From the NCBI GenBank assembly GCA_003344405.1, contig NOWV01000116.1, forward strand, positions 62,001 to 126,000: a stretch of 64,000 nucleotides of DNA, given 5' to 3'. Shown here piece by piece: positions 40,001-53,283 of the stretch (within the stretch, counting starts at the first letter, position 1; each line of letters opens with the position of its first letter). A program made the position numbers and the translations under genes. The stretch comes from Trichoplax sp. H2. Taxonomy: Eukaryota. Below the pieces are notes generated by a model. That model was given only the letters and a program-made list of their open reading frames with translations. It ran no database searches and was not told where the DNA came from.

Positions 40001-41839
40001 TAGTTCTTGTATTGGGATCAATGGTCGGGAGTCGTGCTAAATGCTGCCTCACTGTGTAGCAAAGGTGTAAATACGAACAATTTAATATTAAATTAACAGA
40101 AGGAGACAATGTTCATACAGTAGCTGAATGAGGCTACATATCTCACCTTGTTCTAAGTATTGTAGGCTCTGATTTTGTCTTTTAAGGATAGTACACATTC
40201 TAATAGTAGAATAGTTAGCAAAAATCAGAGTTATTCATGAGCTATTTTTTAAATCGAACAAAACAATGTCTTGCAAGTTCCTAATCTTCAATCCAATACC
40301 TTCCTAGGGCTGCTTTCTTTAATTGTTTACATCGGTACAGGGAATCCCCATATTTTAGTAATCGAACATAATCTTTAGCAACACTACGAACAATAATAAT
40401 AATCCATTGAATGAACAACAAGAATTTCATTACAGGATTTGGATAATAACAATTGCACTATAAGACAACAATGTGATATTACTTGTCTATCAAATGCATT
40501 GCAGTGTTCAATTGGCCAAGAGCAAGCTTATAATGATTCTTATCGTAAAGGATATTCATAAGATCTGCATAAAATGGATGGACTTCCTAGCAAGTCAATT
40601 CGATAAATAGGCTGAGCAACGTTGGTTTGACACGAGCAAACTTTTCATTTCAGTCATGCCATAATATTTTTCGAAAGCAAAAATCATTATTTTTATACTT
40701 ACATCTAGCTTGGGGAAATCATTTAGAATCTGGCTCAAGCGATCATGGCAATTTTGTTGAGTAAACTTGACTTTTCTCATGTAAAATTGTCGAATTCGAC
40801 CAATTTGATAATGTCTATAGCAAAGGAGATCGATGCATTAATGGGCTTACTATTAACGATGCAATAAGAAGGCATTGCTATACGTATTAAGTCATTCATA
40901 ATGAAGCCTAGCTGGACTATTGATGTAGGATCGAAGCAAAAATGGAATATAAATCAGGTCATCTATTCATTTGTGACTATAATAATTGTCATTCACACGA
41001 CATTAACAAATTTTGGAGTAGAGTATTCCTATTCTGCAAGCCATATCTCACTACGAATGCATGTAGTTACAACTGCACTTCGAAGAATATATTGAACTGT
41101 ATATACTGTACGTGTGTAGTAGATAAAACTAAGCACTACGCAGCCATTATAAACTAATTACATCCTATGAAAAAGTCCATTTGGAAACGGGTCTTGTTCC
41201 AGCATCACTTATGCAATGCAGCATGAGTAATTACTCATTCCATCATCTTTCATTCCGTCCACTCTACACTTGATCATGATGCTGCAGTAGTCAATCTATA
41301 CAGTACAGTGTTATCATTGATGCTTTACCACGATTTCTACAGTTTACAGTTTATAATAATGCTACAGCACAATTTGCACGTCTAGACTCCGATTTGCAAT
41401 CAGCTAAGCGTTACTTACGAAAGTGGAAATGGTGACGTAGTCATGCAGTGCAAGAAATGATGATATGAGAAAAGATTGTAAAGCAAAGCATCAAAATGTC
41501 CGTCATCTACTGTACAATCTATATTTACTGCACTTTTCCGATTCCTGCATAAAAGTCTGTCAAGTTACAATATTATAAGTACGTTTGAACTACATCTATC
41601 AAAATTACTTGTGAACCACCGTTGGCGTCTTCCTTTGAGTCTTGGATAAAATGATATCGACAAAGTCCTATGCATGTACAAGAATGAATTTGGTCAAGAT
41701 TTGCAAGTCATTACTATACACATTAATGCACAAGCCTTGACTACCCTAATTCTTTCCAATTGTTGGCAAATGAAATATGTACCTTAGCAGACGGAACGAC
41801 AGTGGTCTTTTTAAAGTTATAGCAAGTTGTAGCTGCCAT
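37042..41839 (-). CDS. GTPBP4: Nucleolar GTP-binding protein 1 (60S biogenesis GTPase), roughly 24 short exons
   Basis: N-terminus [39 protein letters not shown], then [12 protein letters not shown]1 [21 protein letters not shown]3 DTPG, G4 NKID, and C-terminus [22 protein letters not shown] introns. Confidence 0.96.
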
Positions 41840-42120
41840 CTCTATCAAGACTTGATTTGAAATTTTACTTTTAAAGATTGATTGGCCTTTCGCAGACCAT
41901 CGGATGCCGGTGCTTGGGTAAAAGTATCGCTTACTCGATTACGCTTGATCTCCTTACCAATGCTTGGCCTTGATTTAGCCTACCTGGCACATGTTAGGCC
42001 AGCTGTCTGTCTGGCTTGCTGTACCGTAATCTGTCCTCACCTCGAGCCTATCACTATAGCTACTCAGAATAGAGGTATGGCACGCTACTGTACTATAGTA
42101 GCACAAGGTAAAAATGGAAG

Positions 42121-42321
42121 TAGTATGGTTCCGATTGGTCCGTAGCCGGATGGACAGACTGCGTACATCGACTGCACCTTTCTGTACTAGTATCGTTCCG
42201 ATTGGTCCGTAGCCGGATGGACAGACTGCGTACACCGACTGCACCTTTCTGTACTAGTATCGTTCCGATTGGTCCGTAGCCGGATGGACAGACTGCGTAC
42301 ACCGACTGCACCTTTCTGTAC
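42121..42321. repeat. Near-perfect 67 bp tandem repeat, 3 copies
   Basis: Unit tagtat(c/g)gttccgattggtccgtagccggatggacagactgcgtaca(c/t)cgactgcacctttctgtac starts at 42121, 42188 and 42255. Confidence 0.97.
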
Positions 42322-45300
42322 TGGTTCGTATTGGTCATCCAACCTGACAAATGTACCGTAGTGTCCATACTGTAGAGTTGCTTCACAGTACAGTACAGTA
42401 TGGTAGTGACGTAAAAATTACAGTACAAACCGGAGAGTGTACTGTACACTGTACGGTCATAGTCACAGCCACCAACTACTACGGCAAATGTTCTATACTG
42501 CTACTAGAAGAACACCAACGACTTAAAAGGACTTGTATGAAATGAATGGCCCATGAATGTAGAGTACACGTGCGGTAGTCCATGCCACGTTCCATACTGT
42601 TTTAATGCACCCATTGGGAGCCCATGGCGTAATCCAGTTTACCTTGATTCTGTCTCCGAATCTTCCAATCTAACCTTGCCTAACGTCAAGGAATTACAAG
42701 TCTTGACGACTCTGCTCTTACTATCCAAGACTACCTCAGTTCGATTACTTTACTAGTTTGTCACGAGCTAGGAAGAGGCCTAACTTACAGCAAGGATTGA
42801 GAGAGTAATTTCTATCCTATACTACTGTTATTTGGAATACTAGACAATTGGTATTCCAAGGCAGATAGGGTTTAACACAGCGAGACCTTCAAAACTTACT
42901 AGAAAATCGCAATCGAATTTATTGTCGGCGAACTCGCCGTTGATATTACTAAGACATTTCCTCTAAGCTTAGGAATTGTACTTTCGACCTTAACAACTTT
43001 GGAGGTGATAGATACAAGCCAGTTTAGCTGGTTGCCAATGACGATTTTAGTCTATCTAATCCTAAATGAACGATATCAACTGTTAACCACTAAAATTACA
43101 ATTAAGGAGACCGTAAAACATTTCTGAGATTTAAACATATATAGAACGTAACATACAAATAAAGCATACATCACCAAGATTACTTTTGTGACACTTAGTT
43201 ATAGATTGTAGTAGTGTTACCACGCAATAACTACTGTACATGAAACACTGCAATAGTAATCATGTCAGAATCACAACAACAGTACAGTTTTACTGCTGTA
43301 GTGGTTGCCCGAAGAATAACTTGCCTATATATGGAATTGATTTTATCTTTACTCCTTCGTATAGTGCTATCAAAAATTCAATTTTCAAAGTCATATTAAT
43401 ACAGTATCACCATCTGCAATATAAGAGCTTATTGCACTACAGTCGCTTTTCTTACTTTCAACGTTATCGTACCTCTAGAGCACAAAGAATGAACACTTGA
43501 CTAGATCAGTTCGTCGAGTTGCTTGATATCTCTTGGACTACCTCAGAGCTTGTAATATATGAAGCAAATTTCTGTTTACAAGTCCCTAGCTGAGTGCATG
43601 TTTTTAATGGATGGATATCCCTCTTTCTACTGTGTTATTGCAATAAACCATGACATGTATTGCTAATGACTTAGTAGAATATTAACTGTACTATTGGTAA
43701 GGGTATTAGGGTATCGGCCATCACTGATTATCTAGTTTATAGAGTAAATAAGAACAAGTTGATAGGGTCTTGTTCCACTCCGGAAATTTTTTCGGTGGCA
43801 AACGACATTAGGGCTTCCTGTACGATAGCTCGGCAATTTAATTTAGGTACTCTGATGTAAGGTAGACATACCTGCAATAAGCATGCTTTTTCATGAGTCA
43901 TATAAAATGTACTAGCTGAGATATTCTTTCGAAATAAACTGGCACAATTTTCAACGACATCCATCAATATCGTCCATGCTGCACTAGGCAATGGTTACTC
44001 CTGCACAAGGATGCTAATTACTGGTCTGAAGAATAAGCAAAGAGGATTATAAAACATTTCATTTTATTGTACAAGCATAAGTATTGTATTTACGGATTAC
44101 ACAATAGCCCAATTTATCTTTTAACTCGATGAACATTGGCAACCGAAGAGAAATCGTATTAATACTCACGACAAAACAGATATAGAAGTGTATGTACAAG
44201 GTTGGAATATGAACACGTCGGATTTATACCAAAGTTATCACTTATTGTTGTAATAGATACATAATTTAGAGAGGAATTGAAATAATAGGCCAAATCACGA
44301 AATCTCAAAAGCAAAAGCGTAACGGCTTGCATTCACGCTCGTACTTAACGAGAACTCGCAATCTTTGTCACCTACAAATATACTTAAGTTACAAATATTT
44401 CTCTTTAGGATGATCTAGACAACGGAAAAAATTGTAACCTAGAGGAATGTTAATAGTTAATTACACTGTACACAGGAATAAAAACATCGACATGAATAAA
44501 CAATAATAATCACAAAGATCTATAAAACTTCAGTTTTACCAATGGATTTATATTGTTATATCGCAAATGTTCGGCTAAAAGATTACAGCAGACGAGTATT
44601 GTAAAAATGGTATCAAATCCGCTTCGTCAAGAAACGGTAATGATAATAACGAAAGCAATGATTTTAAATAAATCAATTCAGACGTTGAATAGGTAAAGAT
44701 GACAAATCAAAATTGAACTTATTTTCACTCCATGACAGGATAATCTTCGAATACGCGTATGTACTAAATGCGAAATGGTTAATAAAGAACATAAATTATA
44801 TAATTATGAATCAAATATTGTACAAGACAATAAGCTTCTAATCTGAATATATACTCCCAATTGTAAAATTACTGCAGAGAATATTATCCTGACATTACAC
44901 TAAATTCCAAAAAACAATTTCCGCAATATCGCATGATTTCGTTATCAGTAATTGAATAACGACTAGTGATGCTATCCAGAGTGGGTAAATAGACAGACAC
45001 AGATATACAGTAACAAATACAATTGTACGTACTGATGTAAGTACAATTATGGTCAATACCATTAAACACGATGGTACTGATTTAGGAAATACTCCGTAAC
45101 AATATATGCTTCAATAGCATATATTTCATTATTAGGCATAAAGTAAAAAAGAATATAGTAAATAGTATATAAAATAAACATGAAATGAAGAATTTCAAGG
45201 GATGAAATAGTACTTGATAGTACAATAATGTAATAGTAACTGACAAACAAAAATTGTTATAACATTGCTATATTTTGAATATAGGCGTATGTTCTGCAAA

Positions 45301-45411
45301 CAATTTCATTTATTGTCTATGTTGATATAATTTTTTACGAAACAATTTGTTAAAAACATTTTAAAGAAATCTTAAGAAAAGGTTTACCGAAGTAGTAGAT
45401 TAGTTACATGA

Positions 45412-48400
45412 TTAAACAGTTGATTCTTCAGATTTAGGAGGGAGTTCTACTTCAATAGGATTCAAATTTTCAAAATGTTCTTCTTCTTGGATTGGTTGAT
45501 CACATAATGAAGCTAATCTCTCGGCTACACAGCCGGCAGTTAAGCGAGCTTCAGCATCATCATCCCAGCAGTCTTCTATAGTTTCTCTAATCAAATCCGC
45601 AGACTGTCATTCATGCAATAAAGTATAGTTAAACACTTGAAGGTAGAGGCATCAATTTAATAAATAGAATGTAAATATATGCCTAAAACTTACAGGAAAC
45701 GACAGAAAGTTATTTTCCATTTTAGGTCGGCTTTTTTTATCTACAACAAATGTCTGCATTTGTTCTAACGTTGGTACTCTACCCAATTCTTCTTCAAAAG
45801 GTAGATGATAAGCACCCGGTGGACCTACATTAAAATTCGATGTATTATTTGACTGTGAAAAAATCTACAATTATCACAGATGTTTCACTTACTGTCATTT
45901 ATAGAGCAACGTGACATTATTTCCCATAGTACAAGAGCCAATGCATAAACATCAATTCGTAGGAAAGATTCTCTGTTGAAACTAATTGCTCCATCGAGGA
46001 CTTCAGGTGACATATATCTGTAAGTACCAACCTGTACATACAGAGAAGGTAATCAAGGTCAACAATGATACAAAAAATGCATTTAGTTATTGCGATACCA
46101 TCAACGTATATACCTGCGCATGTATATCTATAGGACGAGTATTGGCATCGAATTTAACGGCTAATCCAAAATCTGCAATACAACAGGTGCCATCCGATTT
46201 TACAAGAACATTTTTACTTTTAAAGTCTCTATGGGCAATGGACGGCTTGGAAAGTTCACCGTCAGTTCCGATACCTTCCCAATGTAGATACGCTAGTCCC
46301 TCCGCAATACTTCTAGCCATCTTAATCGCCGCATTCCAATCTAATGCATTATCTTTTAAAAAGCCATGAAGTGAGCCTAACAGCCAAAATAGAAAAAATG
46401 CTTGGTTTTAGCTTGAGATTTAAGGGTCTGATAGAAACTTAAACTGCGCCTTTTATTTCGTTACTTAATATTTCTAGCGCTCGAACTACAAATTGGGTAG
46501 CGGTTGTAAATACCTTGGCAATGAAATTCAGTAACTATCCAGTACTCATCTTCATGTCGCTTTTCTGCAAAGTAGAAATGCAGTATCTGCGAATGTGAAG
46601 CAAGATAATGATACATTTCCTTTTCGGCTTCCCATGACATCTTTTTTTGTTGCGTTAATATTTTTACTGCAACTAGGCTGTTATTTGCATGAATGTCATT
46701 ATGGTTGTTATGCCAGTTATGAGACGTACTATTTAACTTTCCTTTCCAAACAGATCCACAGGCACCATAGCCAATGCGTTCAATAAGTTCAACATCATAG
46801 GTTTTATCATTATTTTCAGGTCTCAGATTGTTCATTGGAATCACGTTTGTTCCCCCATTTTCTTGTCTTATTGCGTTTCTTCGACACATCCAGTAAGTTA
46901 ACGCAATAGTGGCTAAAACAATAACTGCTATCGGAATGATAACCGCTAAAGCAATCTGTGAAGATGGAATAGGTGAGTCGGTTGTTGAATAGCCACTAGA
47001 TAAATTCACAGCTGCTGAAGGTGTAGCTACATTCACAGGAATACGAAAGCAAACAATGATTACCCTAATTTTGTCGTCATCATCGTAAGTGATTAAACTG
47101 ATAGGCTGATTGATAGATATCTATAATTCTAATTTATTCTAACCTGATGCTGTTGTAGTCTCATAGGTTACATTGTTTAAGTCAAGGAGGTAATGCTTAT
47201 TGCAATAATCATCCTTACAGCAACAACGGTAAGTTCTTGAGGAGTTATGATAAATCAACGGACAATTTTTATCTTCACTACAGGTAAAATCTGCATTGGC
47301 CCAACAATCTATTAAATGGATACACGTATCAAGAAAGTAAAAAAGGCAACGTTAATTATAATTTTTAATTAAGACATGGATAAAATGATGGCTAAAATTC
47401 TTTAAAATCAATATGATCATTTTAAGACTTGTTTTAATTCATCAATTGATTACACATTGAAAAAAAAAAAATTGTATTAAATTTATTTTTGGTAGAATTG
47501 TAATAACCGTAATGACGTCTTAAAATTAATGTAACTAATGCAAAGAACATCCCTTGCTATCTAAAGATGTTTACAGAATTATCAGCATTCATAACTCGTG
47601 CAGAGTCAGTCATTATTACGCCAGTCTACATTCTAAGCTAAGTTATTTTAATACTGGAAACGAGAATAAGTGATTGCTAAATAATTGCTACTAGTTGATT
47701 ATTATCACTTTGCAATATACGCGTATATTAATTCTCAAAAACACGGCATAAAGTAAGATTGTAATTGAAATACGAGTAATATCGATTGTAGATGTCACGA
47801 ATAAAGCTTAATATCGTAGTCGAGGAGTATAAAAGTTACCAATGAATCAAATCAATTTCAAGCTTTATCAACTCACCTAGAAATGATAATTCTATACCAT
47901 GCGGAAAAGAAGAATTCCTTCTAAAAACTGCTATACAGTGTTCTCTAGATACACTATCGTTGCAATGAACAGTAGTAAGGCATCCGTATATTGACTGGTT
48001 AATAGCTGCTGTTGAGGAGAAGTTGACGTTACATTTCCCATAATCATACTTATAACAAAACCGCGCACCGGAGACGTTTGATAAATCTGCCAAATTTAAT
48101 AAAATATGTATATATTAGAACGTCATGAATGTAATGTAAAGTAACAGTGATTTAATGTCATTAAACTTTTAACGAAGAACTAATACAATATTAATACTAT
48201 TAATTATAGGCAAAGAGTTACAATAGCACTCATATAATGTAGATATTTATTAATTCATATGTATTGAACAGATGAAAAATACTAAATTCTTGATAAGCAG
48301 CAAAAAACGAGAGCGATAACCATTATCATATCTATAGTACTTCAGCAGTCAAATCAAATAGCAATAATTACATGTGTGGCGATAATAAATAATTAGTGAT

Positions 48401-51220
48401 CAAACTGCAACAATATTGGCAGTTTTCTATTAGAGTATATGGTACAATGATAGTTTTCATTATTTTCTTGCCATGTACAAAATGCCAATACGATAAGCAA
48501 GATACCATTGGCAGTTTCCTATTAGAGTACATGCTAAAATTACAGCTTTCTGTTATTTCCTTGCCATGCACAAAATGTATGCATGATTAGCAAGATATTC
48601 GTAAATAACTTACAAGAGTCTATAATTGCAAATTGAATGCCATTCTATAATGCGAACTAGAGTAGAACAGCTAATTCATTGACTAATTACTGCCTAAAAA
48701 GCAGTGATGTTTGTAGATGTACCTGTACAATACAAGCGTATTAAAGGTGCTAACAGAAGATGTTCAAAGTCTGAAGTTGGGCCATAAGGCCATATTATGG
48801 TAATATCAATAATAGCCCTCATGTATTGCACATGTTAAAGTAAATTGAAGAGACAACTTGTCAGTGTTTGTTTTACATGATCAACTACTGTACTATGGTT
48901 GTCATTACAGCACGTAAGCAAACTGAAGTTGAATCTTATTCAGTTATAGCCAGCAGATGGTACTGTCATGTAATCTATAAAAATGTGAAGAGTTGAGACG
49001 TTATTGAAAAAAACTACTTTCAACTTGGAATTGATATGAAAAGTAATATGGAAATAAGGTAATTTTAAAAGTAGCAGTTTAAACTAGTGGCAATTATTAT
49101 GATGGAGATATCATATGTTTGCTTTCACATGTTAGAGCCAAGTCAGGGATACAGCAAGCAACAAAACACCACTGACATCGGAGACTTTAGCAGAGAGAAT
49201 TTTTCCATGCCATATTGATAATACAGCAATACAGTTCTGTTTCCCTTACGGAGACAGATTCCCCTCCTCAAACAGATGGTAGGATCATTACTATGGTATG
49301 ATTTACGGTCCTGGTATGACTGTTTACTAATCAACACAGTTGTAAATACTATTCTAGAATCGTAAATAGCAGAATGTTGATTGATCACTGTCATTCATCA
49401 ATCCTATATCTATATGTGTATATATACGTTAGTAGACACTAACTAGTGCAGTATAGCGAGTGTATACTTACAGGCGAATTAATTACCAATTTGACGCATG
49501 AAATTACTGTGTAATTTGATTACGGTACTACTCAATTGATTGAAATCGATCAATTATCGTATGTTGAATGTCAATTCTCGCAATCGACCTTTAGTTTCGA
49601 TTGAAAGGTAGAAACAGCAAGATGTAGTATACAGAGTTGCAGCTTAGCAAAAGATGAATGTTGGAGTCATATTGACGTATACTCCAATTTCTCTCACTAA
49701 TCGTACACAAATCAATCCAACATTTTAATTCATCAATACAATTTCAAACAATTAGTTATTCATAAACAAGATAAATGAACATCTTTAAGCAAGAACAGCA
49801 AATTATGTTTTGCTAGTAATTTATACAAGTCTCCCACTGTACAATGTACATTTTTTGCCTCTATAAGCCATGTTAAACACGTAGAAATGTTGTCGCCCAT
49901 AAATAATAATTATTATTACAACTATGTACTATTATTATTCTAATTATCATAATATTATCCTACGTTAGTACACGGACAACGGAAGTGGTGCTATCGCTTT
50001 AATTTCGTGACGGATCAGCAATGCGTGACAGTACAAGTATAGTAAATAATGCTAAAATGAGGATAGTCATACTGATCGCCATTAATAAAGGATCATTGGA
50101 AGAATTTTGAGTGTGGCGGTGTAGACTTGAAGATGTTTCAAGCTTCATTAAAAGTCATTTGTATACTGCATAATAGGTAACAACCGAATGGAAGAGATGA
50201 AAAAAAAAATCACTCCCCAGTAAATACTGCAAAGTATAGACAGCACAATATCTGGATTACTATCCCTGCCAGACTAGAATAGAAGCCTTTTTTAAGAGAA
50301 TTTCTCACTTCAAAATGTTGATTGCAAAGACAAAAACCGATGACGCCTTGCCAAAATGCAAAGTGCAGCATTATCATTTCAAAACAATGTTGCATTGATT
50401 TACTGTTGATCTAAATAGAACTATACGACTAAGTACGATGTAGTGATTGTCATTAGACAGTAAACAATTCAATCGATCAACGATTATAATTACAGTTCAA
50501 GGCGATTTGAGCGTAATTTGCCGTTGATGTCACGTACTACAGACGTGGAGAACATTGGCTACTATTTACAATACTCATAAAGTACCCCATTTTTTTTTTT
50601 CAGTTATTTGTACAGTTAGGGAACTGATAGCATCGGGCAACCGTAGTAAACTATTGAATCTACGCCGCATACCCGTCAGTAATCCCATATTAATACAATC
50701 CATTCATCGGTGTTGTTAGCCCGATGGAAATGGAGGTTTGTTATCTACTTACCAATTGGAATGATCGAATTGAACTCAAGACCAAATAATAATATGTATT
50801 ACAAGATCATTGACCAGATGGATTTATTAGAATGATGGTATAGTATCTGGTTCTACATGTACGCTTATTGTCGTTTGATGACAACAACTGAAGTGATCTT
50901 TGCCCATGGTACAACACACATCCCACTACAATTAGAATGGGGAGAAAACAATTTCTTTGATATTTTTATTATTTTGAAATTTCGAATCTGCTCCGAAAAT
51001 GGAAACATTATTTTCCACGAATGGAATATGATCAACCTAAGTCTATCTGGTAAATTAAGTCGATAATAATCATGGTGATCATGTATTGACGACTGCTACA
51101 AAAATAATAAAACTATTATCCATTCTTACCTAGTATAATCAAAAATCCAACAGTTAGAACAGCAAAATTGTAAACGATAGTAGCGATGTTGCAGTATCTC
51201 CTATTATGTCTGATCGCCAT
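45412..51220 (-). CDS. ACVR2: Activin receptor type II-like Ser/Thr kinase receptor (8 exons)
   Basis: Exons about 51130-51220 (signal peptide), 47877-48086, 47144-47308 (Cys box CCCKDDYCN), 46514-47026 (TM, no GS box, VAVK), 46114-46376 ([11 protein letters not shown]), 45893-46031 ([29 protein letters not shown]), 45694-45825 and 45412-45603 ([21 protein letters not shown]). Confidence 0.93.
48415..48597. repeat. Diverged ~92 bp tandem duplication in intron 1 of the activin receptor gene
   Basis: attggcagttt.ctattagagta.atg.ta...ttgccatg.acaaaatg...gat.agcaagata at 48415 and 48507. Confidence 0.85.
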
Positions 51221-51992
51221 TCTTTGATCCAATTGTAGTAACGCTGCTTTCGGCTTGTATTGAAGTTTTTCCAATCCTATGACATATTACACTTAAAATT
51301 GTATCGTAGGCAGTAATGTTTAAGTGAAAAGAGATCTAGGATGCAGCATTAGAAATGAAGAAGGAAAGTGCGTGTTATCCGATTTTGATAACGTGTCGTT
51401 CGTCGTGGACGATGATGGACACTTTTGTTGGTAGAAAGTATCTTTTTCGATGGGGTCTATAATCGACAGGCAAAGTTTTGTCCTTGTACTAATGGATGGA
51501 CTTGTTGGCGAGCAAGCTTTGCTATTGTCGATCGATGCAAGTGCTTGCAATAGTTTGTAAAGTGGAATGATTTTGACATAAAAATGATGCAGAATTGAAC
51601 TTGATCAACACGATATAGTCCACGTTTCAGACAGCACACTGTATAGTAGTATACTATCGCGTGTCACCGTGTATACCACCGGCAACGACGATGAAAACGA
51701 TCAAACCTGCCAAGCACAACGATTGTACGGCGATATCCACGGGTAATAATGATGCTCTTTTCCTCACTAATCAATACGTCGACATGATTCCAGTAGCAAC
51801 CACAATTGAATCGATTGGAAAGCTTGCAGTCCCCAATCTAATGAGAACTTGTATAGTGGCTGAGACAAGCCATTAATCCCGGTAAAATGTTCCAAAGTTG
51901 CACCTCTTATAACTGTCTACCATGGACTCCTCGATCGTTACCACCACTTTCTAGTTTTCTTTCTACTGTCCGTGTCGGAGATGATCATCATT

Positions 51993-52259
51993 CATCAGTC
52001 TATCAACAGTACAGTACTCTACGTACAGTACAAAGGTGCTTGACTGTACACTGTACTGTAGGAGTCCATCAAATGGTATCGTCGTCGATCATCAATTCAA
52101 ATTGTCCACTAATACAGCACAGTACCCATCAGTCTATCAACAGTACAGTACTCTCCACGTACAGTACAAAGGTGCCTGACTGTACACAGTACACTGTACT
52201 GTAGGAGTCCATCAAATGGTATCGTCGTCGATCATCAATTCAAATTGTCCACTAATACA
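51993..52259. repeat. Near-identical ~130 bp tandem duplication
   Basis: catcagtctatcaacagtacagtactct...ggagtccatcaaatggtatcgtcgtcgatcatcaattcaaattgtccactaataca at 51993 and 52127. Confidence 0.95.
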
Positions 52260-52819
52260 TACTCGCTGACCTCCGTTTTGTTCTTGTACAACCAGTACAA
52301 AGCAATAGAAAACAAACAAACAAAATGAAGATACTGTACCATCCAAAAGGACCTCAGGGTTTCTACTGTAAAGTACAGTCATGGACTACTCCATCTTGTC
52401 GGTAAGATTGAGTAAGTCCATGGTACAGTATAGAGCGCTGAACGATTGGACACTGTTGGTCGATACGTCAGCGTCACAGTCACAAATTGAAGGATTGGAC
52501 TAGTCAAGGATGGATCGTTGGCACATTGAACTTAACCCTTAGTCCATGGGTACAGCATGCACCCAGGACTACGATCGTCCTAACTTGTACCATGTACTCC
52601 AAGCTTTGCATCATACTGTAGACTACTGGAAAAAGAGAGACTTCTAGAGATCCTAGGGGTGAGATCGAGTAGTCTATCAATACTAACTAGTCCAAGGCTG
52701 CATTCCATTTTACAGCTGCCATGGACTTCTAGAAGCCTCTTAGGGGCTGGAAGCGTTCAAACTTGCTTCAAACATACTGTATTACACAAGTTGTACCGAT
52801 GACTTGTACACGATGTACT

Positions 52820-52910
52820 GTACTCAATCAACAATAGGATTGTACGGAGCACTGCTGTACAGTACTCAATCAACAATAGGATTGTACGGAGCACTGCTGT
52901 ACAGTACTCA
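52820..52910. repeat. Perfect 42 bp tandem repeat, 2 copies
   Basis: gtactcaatcaacaataggattgtacggagcactgctgtaca at 52820 and 52862. Confidence 0.95.
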
Positions 52911-53229
52911 CTGTACAGTGTGTACACTGTAATTGTAAAGTACCGCACTGCGCTTGCTTGTACGGACAGAACAAGCTCTACATCATATTATGATATGATG
53001 ATAAGCAAGATCCATTAATAATCGTAAAGGGTATTGGACTACTGGTCCGACTGTCCGAGATCCGAGTCAAAGTGCAGAACAGTTTTTACTGGAAAGTTGA
53101 CATTACTGTACAGTACTGCATGAAGTGCAATCATTGTGTATCTGTACTGTACGGTATGATACGGATGTGTACAGTACCAAGTGTACAGTACGGTACTGGA
53201 CTACTGTATAGTACTGTACAGTACAGTAT

Positions 53230-53283
53230 TACAGACTGGACTAAAGTGGGAAACCTTACAGACTGGACAAAAGTAGGAAACCT
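53230..53283. repeat. 27 bp tandem repeat, 2 copies
   Basis: tacagactggac(t/a)aaagt(g/a)ggaaacct twice. Confidence 0.9.

Noticed and set aside
40815-41608. Possible intronic snoRNA in the unusually long NOG1 intron 2
   Set aside because: I could not find a properly paired C/D box or H/ACA arrangement by eye.
42121-42321. Possible CRISPR array
   Set aside because: The units are contiguous with no unique spacers, there are no cas genes, and the context is eukaryotic.
41882-42756. Overlapping short ORFs upstream of NOG1
   Set aside because: Several are by-products of the 67 bp repeat and GC-richer promoter DNA; none has recognisable protein features.
43737-43991. 84 aa minus-strand ORF with an internal CAG|GTATGT donor-like site
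   Set aside because: Non-ATG start, stops in all frames after the nearest good acceptor, and no recognisable homology.
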